Source of the DNA: Candidatus Harrisonbacteria bacterium
GTDB lineage: Bacteria > Patescibacteriota > Minisyncoccia > UBA6257 > 1-14-0-10-44-23
Direction of reading: 5' to 3'
DNA: 58,015 nucleotides
NCBI GenBank assembly: GCA_023244975.1
Contig: JAHFLG010000012.1
Location: 1-58,015, forward strand
Below the pieces are notes generated by a model, which had not been told where the DNA came from, ran no database searches, and worked only from the letters and a program-made list of their open reading frames with translations. Numbering within the stretch: the first letter of the stretch is position 1; each line of letters begins with the position of its first letter. A program made the translations under genes and the position numbers. Positions 8,960 to 17,620 of the stretch are shown here, in pieces.

Positions 8960-10801
8960 ATGAAATTGAAACGTAGCACTGTTGGCGTTATCCTCATTAT
9001 TTTCATTATTGTATCGGCGATTATTGTTGCCAGCGAGATTCATTTTAGTGGCCGGTTTTATCCGCATAGTATCATTGGCGGAGAAGATGTCAGCGGTAAA
9101 ACATTTGATGAAGTATTTAAGAAACTTGATATGGCTGCAACGCGTATCGAGCATGAAGGGTTTGTAGTGAGGATTGCTTCGAGCACTATTAAGATTCCTT
9201 CATTTAGTCAGGGTCTTACTCCCGATACGGTCGTGGAATATTTTAGTATAGGCGATTGGAAAGGAGTATTGCAGAAAGCATATGACCTTGGCCGACAGGG
9301 AAATATTTTAAGGCGCATGAGCGAGCGCTTGGGTCTATTGTTTTCACCTATGGAAGTAACATTGCCCTATACCCTTCAGGAGAGTGCGCTTAATTCATTG
9401 CTCACTCGTGAAATTGGTGCGGTTGTAGCACGCAGACAGGAGGCGTACATTAAGGCGGTCGGCGCTACGATTGAAATTGTGCCTGAAGTTAACGGCCAAA
9501 GTATTAATCAAGAGGCCATCATCAGTCAGCTGCGTAGTAATTTGGAGACACTCGACACCTCTCCTTCATTCAAGATTTTCGCGACAACTGACCGTGCAGT
9601 TATTACAGCTAAAAAGCTGGAGCTTATAGTAGATTTTGCGCGATCACTCGCAAGCCGTAGCTACGCGATTTTGAAATTTGACGGTTTTTCCTCGTATGTA
9701 TCGGGTCCGATGCTTGCGAGCTGGCTCACATTGAACGATAAGGAGGGTGTATCGCTGACTCTCAATCAGAAAAAGCTTGAAGAGTATGTGCGAGCCAAGG
9801 TTGATCCGTATGTGGATAGTGCCCCACAAAACAGCCGATTTGAAATGCAGGGAGATAGCTTGGTTGAAATTGTCGCCGGTACATCTGGTCAAACGGTTGA
9901 TCTTAGTTCTCTCAATCAGCAGCTGGTTGGGGCGCTCCTTAAGATGTATCTTACGAGTGCTTTTGGCGGTAAAAGTTTTGATGCAATAAACCCTATTATT
10001 CTCACAGTCAATTTAATACCAGAGGATCCAAAAATAACCGAAAAGACGATTGCCGAGTATGGCATTAAAGATCTCGTTGGTACGGTGACAACAAATTTCA
10101 AGGGTAGTACCGCAGATCGGGCCCACAACATCAAAGCTGGCCTTGATCACATCAACGGCTTGCTTATTGCTCCGGGACAGGAGTTTTCAACGGTACGAGC
10201 CATTGGTGAGGTGACCGAAGAAGAGGGTTATGTGAAGGAGTATGTTATCAAGGGTAACGAGAGCATCAAAGAACTCGGCGGCGGCCTTTGTCAGATTTCG
10301 ACAACCTTATTTCGTCTGGCTCTTAATGCCGGCCTGCCGATCACGGAGCGGGTCAATCACAAGTATGTTGTCGGATATTACGGTCCGGGCCTGGACGCGA
10401 CCATCTACGGTCCGCATCCGGATCTGAAATTTGTAAACGACACCAAGGGCTATCTGCTCCTTCAGGGTAGGATAGAAGGAGGGAATTCATTAGTGCTTGA
10501 GTTCTATGGTCAAAAAGACGATCGTAAGGCCGAGGTGACCGTGCCGGTCATTACCAATCGTATTCCGCCGCCGGACGCGAAGTTTATTCCAACGCTTGAT
10601 CTTCGTTTGGGTGTTCAAAAATGCACTGAGCACGCGCGATACGGGCAGACGACTGATGCGACCTCAACCGTCACGTATGCTGATGGGCGACAGCGCGTTC
10701 AGCAGTTTCATAGTGTCTACACTCCTTGGGCGCAAGTCTGTTTGGTTGGAGTCTCACTCACGGCGCCTCTGACTCAGTCTTCAGACGAGGGGGTGCACTG
10801 A
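8960..10801 (+). CDS. VanW-family protein, membrane-anchored
   Basis: C-terminal VanW core (GGGLCQISTTLFRLALNAGLPITERVNH...GLDATIY) and an N-terminal TM helix. Start chosen at MKLKRS, 8 nt after tRNA-Gly. Confidence 0.75.
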   Translation: MKLKRSTVGVILIIFIIVSAIIVASEIHFSGRFYPHSIIGGEDVSGKTFDEVFKKLDMAATRIEHEGFVVRIASSTIKIPSFSQGLTPDTVVEYFSIGDWKGVLQKAYDLGRQGNILRRMSERLGLLFSPMEVTLPYTLQESALNSLLTREIGAVVARRQEAYIKAVGATIEIVPEVNGQSINQEAIISQLRSNLETLDTSPSFKIFATTDRAVITAKKLELIVDFARSLASRSYAILKFDGFSSYVSGPMLASWLTLNDKEGVSLTLNQKKLEEYVRAKVDPYVDSAPQNSRFEMQGDSLVEIVAGTSGQTVDLSSLNQQLVGALLKMYLTSAFGGKSFDAINPIILTVNLIPEDPKITEKTIAEYGIKDLVGTVTTNFKGSTADRAHNIKAGLDHINGLLIAPGQEFSTVRAIGEVTEEEGYVKEYVIKGNESIKELGGGLCQISTTLFRLALNAGLPITERVNHKYVVGYYGPGLDATIYGPHPDLKFVNDTKGYLLLQGRIEGGNSLVLEFYGQKDDRKAEVTVPVITNRIPPPDAKFIPTLDLRLGVQKCTEHARYGQTTDATSTVTYADGRQRVQQFHSVYTPWAQVCLVGVSLTAPLTQSSDEGVH

Positions 10802-10918
10802 GCAGGCCAAGGCTGCAATCCCTGCGGCCACCAGAATGGTTCGTCGGCTTCCGAACCTTCTTTCCGCTCGCGCCGCCGCGCTGCGCGATATGTCCTCGGG
10901 ACAGCAGCCTTGGCCTGC
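10802..10918. repeat. structured GC-rich repeat, family A, copy 1
   Basis: 117 nt. 15-bp closing stem GCAGGCCAAGGCTGC/GCAGCCTTGGCCTGC. The core is shared with 39907-40024 (inverted) and 42339-42454. Confidence 0.8.
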
Positions 10919-10957
10919 TTGCGTTGGATGCTGGGTTATGGTTAGATTCTTTTTAGT

Positions 10958-11030
10958 GCCACCTTAGCTCAGCTGGTAGAGCAATACTTTCGTAAAGTAG
11001 AGGTCCCGAGTTCGACTCTCGGAGGTGGCT
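10958..11030 (+). tRNA. tRNA-Thr (anticodon CGU)
   Basis: Hand-folded cloverleaf: acceptor GCCACCT/AGGTGGC, D-arm GCTC-AGCTGGTA-GAGC, anticodon loop TTCGTAA, T-arm CCGAG-TTCGACT-CTCGG. Confidence 0.85.
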
Positions 11031-11041
11031 CAAAAATATCT

Positions 11042-11749
11042 ATGAACTCTCAATACGACACATCCAATGTTCATCTGACTGTCTACCCGGGCGTGGGAGG
11101 GGACGATGCCAAGGACTGGGCAGATATGCTGATTCAAATGTATGCCAAGTATGCCGTTAGCCGTGGCTGGAAGGTGGCGCAGATTGATGATCGGTCGCTC
11201 GAAATTAAGGGCGAGACCGTTTATGGAACGCTTAAAAAAGAAAGCGGGGTGCACCGACTCGTGCGCATCTCACCGTATGACGCCAAAAAGTTGCGTCACA
11301 CCTCGTTTGCCCTGGTTGAGGTTGTGCCTATTTTAGCTGAACTGGCGAGAAAAATGGTCATCCCGCCACAAGACCTCGATGTTCAGACTGCGCGCGCCGG
11401 AGGTCCGGGCGGGCAAAATGTGAACAAGCGCGAGACTGCCGTGCGCGTGGTCCATATTCCGACCGGCATTGCCACGACCTGTCGCGAAGAGCGAGGTCAG
11501 CTGCAAAATAAAGAAAAAGCTATCGCGCTTTTAAAATCAAAACTTCTGCACTTGCAGGAAGTGTATCAAAAACAGACGCTCGCCGACCTGCGCGTGCACG
11601 CCAAGCCGGAGTGGGGAAGCCAGATTCGGTCGTACGTCTTGCACCCGTATAAAATGGTTAAAGACCACCGTACCAAGGCCGAAAGCAGTCAGCCGGACAA
11701 GGTCTTAGCGGGTGATCTTGAGAAGTTTATCAATGCCGAAAACGCATAG
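11042..11749 (+). CDS. prfB: peptide chain release factor 2 lacking N-terminal domain 1
   Basis: GGQ motif (GPGGQNVNK), RHTSFA and [13 protein letters not shown], all RF2-like. Only 235 aa. SPY replaces the SPF tripeptide. Confidence 0.8.
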   Translation: MNSQYDTSNVHLTVYPGVGGDDAKDWADMLIQMYAKYAVSRGWKVAQIDDRSLEIKGETVYGTLKKESGVHRLVRISPYDAKKLRHTSFALVEVVPILAELARKMVIPPQDLDVQTARAGGPGGQNVNKRETAVRVVHIPTGIATTCREERGQLQNKEKAIALLKSKLLHLQEVYQKQTLADLRVHAKPEWGSQIRSYVLHPYKMVKDHRTKAESSQPDKVLAGDLEKFINAENA

Positions 11750-11760
11750 TTTGGCATTGA

Positions 11761-11802
11761 CCCCGTGAGATACAGCAGCTATCTCACTGGGGTTGTTTTG
11801 TG
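11761..11802 (+). terminator. intrinsic terminator after prfB
   Basis: Hairpin CCCCGTGAGAT...ATCTCACTGGGG followed by TTGTTTTGTGG. Confidence 0.55.
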
Positions 11803-11873
11803 GTAAAATAAATAGAACCCCGAAGAGATAGGCGAGTACGCCATCTCATGGGGTGAAATTTATTCTAAATTTC

Positions 11874-12557
11874 ATGATTCAATTCATCAACGTTACTAAG
11901 ATCTATGACAATAAGTCTATTGGCGTAGAAGATATCAATTTTAAGATCAATCCCGGAGAGTTTGTCTCGTTAGTCGGTAAATCCGGAGCCGGTAAGTCAA
12001 CAATCATCAAGCTTTTGATCGGCGAGGAGCGTCCGACCAAGGGTCGGATTTTGTTTGGCGCGTATGAGGTTAATAAATTGAAAGACAACGAGTTCGCCCA
12101 GCTGCGCCGGCAGATTGGCATCGTCTTCCAGGATTTTAAACTGTTGGCTACAAAAACCGCGTTTGAGAACGTTGCCTTTGCCCTGGAAGTGGGTGGTCGG
12201 CCGCAGAGCGAGATCGAAGAGTTTGTGCCTCAAGTGCTCGATATGGTTGGCCTGTCTGCAAAGCGAAATCACTTCCCACATCAGCTTTCCGGTGGAGAAA
12301 AGCAGCGTGTTGCTATCGCCCGTGCCATGATTCATCATCCGGCCGTTATTATCGCCGACGAGCCGACCGGTAACCTCGATGACATCAATAGCGATGAGAT
12401 TATCAAACTTCTGTTGCGAATCAACGAACTTGGAACCACGGTTATTCTTGCCAGCCACAATAAAGATATTGTGAATAAGCTCAAAAAGCGGGTTATCAGC
12501 ATTGTGGATGGTCGCATTGTCCGTGATGAGCCGAACGGAAAATACATTATAATGTAA
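11874..12557 (+). CDS. ftsE: cell division ATP-binding protein FtsE
   Basis: Walker A GKSGAGKST, signature LSGGEKQRVAIARA, Walker B IIADEPTGNLD. Followed by ftsX. Confidence 0.85.
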   Translation: MIQFINVTKIYDNKSIGVEDINFKINPGEFVSLVGKSGAGKSTIIKLLIGEERPTKGRILFGAYEVNKLKDNEFAQLRRQIGIVFQDFKLLATKTAFENVAFALEVGGRPQSEIEEFVPQVLDMVGLSAKRNHFPHQLSGGEKQRVAIARAMIHHPAVIIADEPTGNLDDINSDEIIKLLLRINELGTTVILASHNKDIVNKLKKRVISIVDGRIVRDEPNGKYIIM

Positions 12558-12561
12558 TCAG

Positions 12562-13470
12562 ATGGCAACAACCTTTTTACGAATTCTCAAATACGGCTTT
12601 CAGAATTTTTGGCGCAATGGCTGGCTTTCAACAGCCACGATTTTAGTAATGGTTCTTGCGCTCATCACTCTGCAAGGTCTCATTATATTTGATGTTGTTA
12701 CTACGGGCGCTGTTGCCTCGATTCAAGACAAGATTGATATCGCGGTATATTTCAAACGCGGTGCAGCAGAGGACGATATGCTAAAAATGCAGAAGTCGGT
12801 TGAGGCGCTTCCAGAGGTAAAAACTGTTGACTATGTTTCAACTGATGAGGCACTGACGAGTTTCAAAGAAAAGCATAAAAATGATCCTACTATCAATCAA
12901 GCATTGGCAGAACTTGATCAGAATCCGCTTCACGCCCTTTTAAACATTAAGGCGAATGATCCCAAGGACTATCCGGTGATCGCGAGTTATTTAAATCACG
13001 AAAGTTTCAGCGCCATTGTTGATCACGTGACGTATGGACAGAATAAGGCAGCGATAGATACCCTTAATAAAATCATTGATACCGCTAACAAAGTTGGTTT
13101 AGCCGTAACCATTTTCATTGCGTTTGCCGCGAGTCTGGTTGCCTTTAATACTATTCGACTTGCTATCTATTCTAATCGCGAGGAGATTGGGATCATGCGG
13201 CTGGTCGGAGCAAGTAATATTTTTGCCAAAGGCCCGTATCTGGTCAGCGGCATTTTGTATGGTATCTTCGGAGCAATCGTGACTCTTTTGCTGACCGCGC
13301 CGGTCATCAATATGGCTTCGCCTTACTTTGGTATTTTCGTACCAGAGGTTAATATCGAAAGCTATTTTTACGCCCATCTAGCCACACTATTTGGTTATCT
13401 GTTGATTTTCGGTGTTTTTCTCGGCATTGTTTCAAGCTGGATCGCTATCCGTCGTTATCTCAAAATATAA
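12562..13470 (+). CDS. ftsX: cell division permease FtsX
   Basis: FtsX topology (TM1, periplasmic domain, three C-terminal TMs) directly downstream of ftsE. Confidence 0.8.
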   Translation: MATTFLRILKYGFQNFWRNGWLSTATILVMVLALITLQGLIIFDVVTTGAVASIQDKIDIAVYFKRGAAEDDMLKMQKSVEALPEVKTVDYVSTDEALTSFKEKHKNDPTINQALAELDQNPLHALLNIKANDPKDYPVIASYLNHESFSAIVDHVTYGQNKAAIDTLNKIIDTANKVGLAVTIFIAFAASLVAFNTIRLAIYSNREEIGIMRLVGASNIFAKGPYLVSGILYGIFGAIVTLLLTAPVINMASPYFGIFVPEVNIESYFYAHLATLFGYLLIFGVFLGIVSSWIAIRRYLKI

Positions 13471-13479
13471 AAATTATAA

Positions 13480-13533
13480 AGCGGCGTTTTAGCTGTCCGA
13501 ACGTTCCGGCGGGAGAACGCTGCGCTCTTTTTT
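13480..13533 (+). terminator. intrinsic terminator after ftsX (possibly bidirectional)
   Basis: Stem AGCGGCGTT / AACGCTGCGCT (2-nt bulge) with an inner hairpin, then CTTTTTT. Confidence 0.45.
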
Positions 13534-13638
13534 AAATTTCCAGCGAAAATAGACCCAGAGAGTACCGATCCAGAGGAGTAACAAAAAAACAATTTTGAGA
13601 AGAACACTACGTGTTAATATTTGGATCCAGGGTGACAT
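13489..13638 (-). CDS. possible 49-aa single-TM micro-protein
   Basis: The ATG is 6 nt downstream of the stop of the 489-aa surface protein. It has a hydrophobic core, and its tail WKFKKERSVLPPE echoes the tail WKNRGAKTTLPPE of the upstream protein. Below the ORF-track cutoff. Confidence 0.25.
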   Translation of the reverse strand: MSPWIQILTRSVLLKIVFLLLLWIGTLWVYFRWKFKKERSVLPPERSDS

Positions 13639-13644
13639 AGAATG

Positions 13645-15114
13645 TTAGGAATTAGTATAACCAGTTTCGGGTGGTAGTGTAGTCTTTGCTCCACGATTTT
13701 TCCAGTAGAGATATCCACCTAGTGACGCTATCCAGAGCAGTGACACCAAGATAATTTTATTAACAATCGAACCGGCATTACTCGTTAAGGTGAAATTTTG
13801 TGCAGGCGCGACTTTCATAAAGGTTCCGCTGGCATTTGCATATACAATAGTGTGATGTTCGCCAGAGGTGAGTCCGGTCAATGTTCTGGTATGCTGTCCG
13901 GCTGGAACTACGACCTGCTTTTCTAAATTGTAATCATAGCCAAAAACATCGATTCGATAACCATTACTTGGCTCAGTGGCTTTTGTTGGCCACTCGACAT
14001 TAACACTTCCATTGTTTGTACCTGGAGTCACTGATACATTCTGTTGTTGGGCTTGCGATCCTTGTTGACCCTGTTGATTCGATGAGGATTGATTTTGTTG
14101 ATTAATCGATGCCTGATTAACGGTTTGCTGAGCCTGGTTTTGCTGAGCCTGCTCTTGCTGGATTTTTTGAATAGTAATTTGTTCAGCAAGTTGAGGATTT
14201 TGATTTGGCTGGGCTTGTACCTGAACAGCCGACGCTGTTTTAAAACCGATGGTATATGTCGTGAGAGTGAGCTCGCTGCCAGTTGAACTGAACACGTCGG
14301 CAAAGTAATTGACCGACGGATGCAGTCCTTGAACCACGACTGCATGTTCAAGCTCAAAGGTTGCGTCATAGCCGGTTGCTGTTACATAAAGAGGATTGAG
14401 CTGAGTGCGGGTGGAGACGCGCGAGTCGCTTGCGATATTCGTCGTCCAGGCAAAAAGCACGGCAGTATCGCTTATGGCAACAATGCGAGCATTGCTGATT
14501 GAAATGCTTTCAGGGGCGGCCTGCCGGATCTCTTCTTCTGATGGGGGAGGAGCTGACGAGTTATTATTAACAACGCGTGGTTCGTAGAGGGCGAATTTGA
14601 AGGTAAAGGGTTGTAAATCGCCTCCTATGCGCGCCGCGCCGTTTTCATATGGAGACACATAGTCTCGATTATGTTCGAGAAAGGCAAAACGGTCGCCGTA
14701 GTACAATCCGAAGCCAAGGAGGGTTGATTCAATCTCAATAGAATAGGTGACTGCAGAGCTCAACGTGACTGGAGTTGCCCAGTCGATATGAAATCTATTG
14801 CCTCCAGGTATGGCGGGAAGTTCAGGCAGCATTTTTGATTTGCTTGCGATGATCGTTCCATCGGGATCGGCAAGAGTGACTATGACTTGGCCGCTGTCGC
14901 CGGTATTATCAGCCCAGAGGTCAAAACCGGTCATGCTAAAGTTACTGCTCGGTTGGAAGAGGAGATAGGGGGAGGGTCCGGTTGAGACTACATAGCGCTT
15001 CGACTGCCATGGATCGGGCGCAAACTCAAAGAATTTCGTTCCATGGGCAAAAGCCAGATTAGAAACTAGGAAAAAGAAGATAGAAGCTAGAATAAGAGCG
15101 AAGCGCACTTTCAT
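13645..15114 (-). CDS. secreted, C-terminally anchored surface protein with FN3-like modules and a Q-rich linker
   Basis: Signal peptide MKVRFALILASIFFFLVSNLAFA, two beta-rich FN3-like segments, a Q/N-rich linker and a C-terminal TM helix. Confidence 0.6.
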   Translation of the reverse strand: MKVRFALILASIFFFLVSNLAFAHGTKFFEFAPDPWQSKRYVVSTGPSPYLLFQPSSNFSMTGFDLWADNTGDSGQVIVTLADPDGTIIASKSKMLPELPAIPGGNRFHIDWATPVTLSSAVTYSIEIESTLLGFGLYYGDRFAFLEHNRDYVSPYENGAARIGGDLQPFTFKFALYEPRVVNNNSSAPPPSEEEIRQAAPESISISNARIVAISDTAVLFAWTTNIASDSRVSTRTQLNPLYVTATGYDATFELEHAVVVQGLHPSVNYFADVFSSTGSELTLTTYTIGFKTASAVQVQAQPNQNPQLAEQITIQKIQQEQAQQNQAQQTVNQASINQQNQSSSNQQGQQGSQAQQQNVSVTPGTNNGSVNVEWPTKATEPSNGYRIDVFGYDYNLEKQVVVPAGQHTRTLTGLTSGEHHTIVYANASGTFMKVAPAQNFTLTSNAGSIVNKIILVSLLWIASLGGYLYWKNRGAKTTLPPETGYTNS

Positions 15115-15133
15115 ATGCTAATACTAGCACTTC

Positions 15134-15781
15134 TTAGGTGATTTGACGGTGGTAATCGCCGAGATGGGCATGGTCGTTGACAGTAAGGAGATGCCACTGG
15201 TCATCTACATGCTCGGCAATGGTAATGCCGGTATTATGCAGAGAGAGCATGTGAAAAATGTTCCGGAAGAGTTGAGCGGAAACAGCTGGCCCGTGAATCA
15301 TTACCGAGAGCATAACCTTGAGAATGTGAGCATGACTAACCACCAGGATGTGCATGTCAGAAGATAAAGTTTGAAGATAGGTTAAGAACTGTACGCACCG
15401 CTCACGTACATCAATAAAGCGTTCTTCGTCGCTGTAACGCCACTGTGGATCAGTATGTTCTTTCTCGTGTAAAAGTTTGCGTATTGCTTGGATCGAAGGA
15501 TCGTCAGCAGGTTTACCTTCGAGTTCCTTGGGCCATTTTTTTTCAACCAGCAATTCGTTGACAGTGACCGGCAGTTTTTTTGACCTGGCAATCGCTTCGG
15601 CTGTGGCACGAGTGCGGGAATAGGGACTGGAAATAATCATATCCACATGGATTTTGGCAAAGCGCTGAGCAAGAAGCGCCGCCTGCTCCTGCCCTTTAGA
15701 TGATAACTCGTCAACATCGCTTTGGAACATATGAACGAGATTACCTTCGGTTTCCCCGTGTCTGACAAGATAGAGTCTCAT
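15134..15781 (-). CDS. histidine phosphatase (phosphoglycerate mutase-like) family protein
   Basis: N-terminal RHGET motif (LVRHGETEGN) and a downstream catalytic His (VVSHAH). Confidence 0.75.
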   Translation of the reverse strand: MRLYLVRHGETEGNLVHMFQSDVDELSSKGQEQAALLAQRFAKIHVDMIISSPYSRTRATAEAIARSKKLPVTVNELLVEKKWPKELEGKPADDPSIQAIRKLLHEKEHTDPQWRYSDEERFIDVRERCVQFLTYLQTLSSDMHILVVSHAHILKVMLSVMIHGPAVSAQLFRNIFHMLSLHNTGITIAEHVDDQWHLLTVNDHAHLGDYHRQIT

Positions 15782-15796
15782 AGTAATAGTTTTAAT

Positions 15797-17539
15797 TTAG
15801 CGTGCCGAGCGCAGCGCATTGAGGGTGACGCCAACATCAATCAATTCTTGGATTGTAGCAGCAAGTACGGGAGTAATAAAGCCTGCCGCGGCAAACCCCA
15901 TGCCGATAAGCGAGAGTCCGATGCCGATACTGATGCTTTGTAGGGCGATAGACGTGGTTCGTTTTGAGAGGGCAAGAGTTTGAGAAACCAGCAGAATATC
16001 GTGGCTCAAGATAGCGACGCTTGCCGCTTCTATAGAGGCGCTGTTCTCGGTGCCCGAGAAGACGATCCCGGCATCCGCCATGGCGAGCGCCGGCGCGTCA
16101 TTGAGCCCGTCGCCGACCATGATGACACATTCTTTGTTGGCTTGTGCTGATTTTACAATATCGAATTTTTTCTCAGGCGTAGCGCGCGCGTAGATTTTTA
16201 CTCCGTAGCCGCCAAATAAACGCTCGGCATTGGCTTCTGAGTCGCCAGTGATGATCGCGACCTTGTACTCTCGCGCCAGATCCGCTAAGAACGCATTGGC
16301 ATTCTCTTTTACTTGATCTGTAAAGGTAAAGCGTGCGACTGGTTCAGTGCCGGCCAAGAGATCAATGTTGATACCTCCTTCTAACGCCGCATTACTTTTA
16401 CTGATTGTATAGCGCTCATTTTGAACTACGCCACTGATGCCAACCCCGATAGTTTCTTGGACCTGTGTCGCCGCGAACTCTGGTGCCTTCCGGCTCGATC
16501 GCGCTGCGACAATCGTGCGGGCGAGGGGATGGAGTGAGTGCATTTCAATAGCCGCAGCAATCGAAAGGGCCTTGGTTTCAGTCATGGTTTTTTGTAGAAC
16601 CGTGATAGAAACAAGGATCGGTTGGCCAAGCGTGAGCGTTCCGGTCTTATCAAGATAAATAGTAGTTGCTCGAGCAAGGGTTTCAAGTACAGCCGGTTTT
16701 TTGATAATAACGGTTTGCTTCGCTGCTTTGCTCATACCTCCGAGAAATGCTATCGGAGCCGAGATCAGAAGAGGGCAGGGAGTTGCAATAGCGAGAACTG
16801 CTAACGTGCGCGAGAGATCACGAGTCAGGCCATAGGTGACTGCCGCGAGTACCAGAGTAATCGCCGTAAACGGCCAATTGAATTTTTGCGCAAGCCGGAC
16901 GGTTCGAGCTGGGTGGCGCTTGCTTTCTTCAACCAAAGCAATGATTTTTTGATAACTGGAGGTTGAAAACGTACCCGTTGTTGTAAGTTCAAATGCCGCG
17001 CCGATGTTAACGCTGCCGCTTTTTATAAATTCACCCCGCGTCAGTTCAACCGGTAGACTCTCGCCGGTAAGGTTGGCGGTATCAATGGTTGCTTGAGCCG
17101 ATCCTAGAAAGCCGTCTAGCGGGATGAGTTCATTGGTTTTTAGAAAAATAATAGATCCTTCGGTAACCTCCCGAATAGGTATGGGCTGATAACCAGAGCC
17201 TTGTTTCACCTGGCAAACTTTTGGCAGTTTTTCAATAAGCGCTTTGAGCGAGGCCTCGGCGCGCTGCGCGCCATATCCTTCAAGAGCTCCGGAAAGTGTG
17301 ATCATCAGAGCCACAATCGCTCCGGCTAAGTAATACTCTGGCGAGACGAGCGAGGTAGTCATGGCGAGGATGGCGATATAGTCGAGTGACCAGCGACCCT
17401 CCCGGATTTTTTCGATTGATTCCCAAACAAGCCGGACGAGGCCAATCGCAATGGCAGTAAGGTAGAGATAGGGCAGACTGCCTACAAAACCAAAGAAGGC
17501 GATGAGCAGAATAATGCAGGGAATCAGGAAGGGTTTCAT
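15797..17539 (-). CDS. P1B-like heavy-metal P-type ATPase without an N-terminal metal-binding domain
   Basis: DKTGTLT, GDGLNDAPALA and a TM6 TPCP (CPx-like) motif. 580 aa. Confidence 0.85.
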   Translation of the reverse strand: MKPFLIPCIILLIAFFGFVGSLPYLYLTAIAIGLVRLVWESIEKIREGRWSLDYIAILAMTTSLVSPEYYLAGAIVALMITLSGALEGYGAQRAEASLKALIEKLPKVCQVKQGSGYQPIPIREVTEGSIIFLKTNELIPLDGFLGSAQATIDTANLTGESLPVELTRGEFIKSGSVNIGAAFELTTTGTFSTSSYQKIIALVEESKRHPARTVRLAQKFNWPFTAITLVLAAVTYGLTRDLSRTLAVLAIATPCPLLISAPIAFLGGMSKAAKQTVIIKKPAVLETLARATTIYLDKTGTLTLGQPILVSITVLQKTMTETKALSIAAAIEMHSLHPLARTIVAARSSRKAPEFAATQVQETIGVGISGVVQNERYTISKSNAALEGGINIDLLAGTEPVARFTFTDQVKENANAFLADLAREYKVAIITGDSEANAERLFGGYGVKIYARATPEKKFDIVKSAQANKECVIMVGDGLNDAPALAMADAGIVFSGTENSASIEAASVAILSHDILLVSQTLALSKRTTSIALQSISIGIGLSLIGMGFAAAGFITPVLAATIQELIDVGVTLNALRSAR

Positions 17540-17620
17540 TAAAATAGGTTATTAACTTCCAAATTATAGTAAAAGGACATAGAATTATTATAAATATAAT
17601 AAAAATTATCCTAAATTTTC

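Noticed and set aside
14040-14230. Apparent DNA tandem repeat or low-complexity tract
   Set aside because: It is the in-frame Q/N-rich linker (CAA/CAG-rich) of the 489-aa surface protein. It is not a discrete tandem repeat or a CRISPR-like array.
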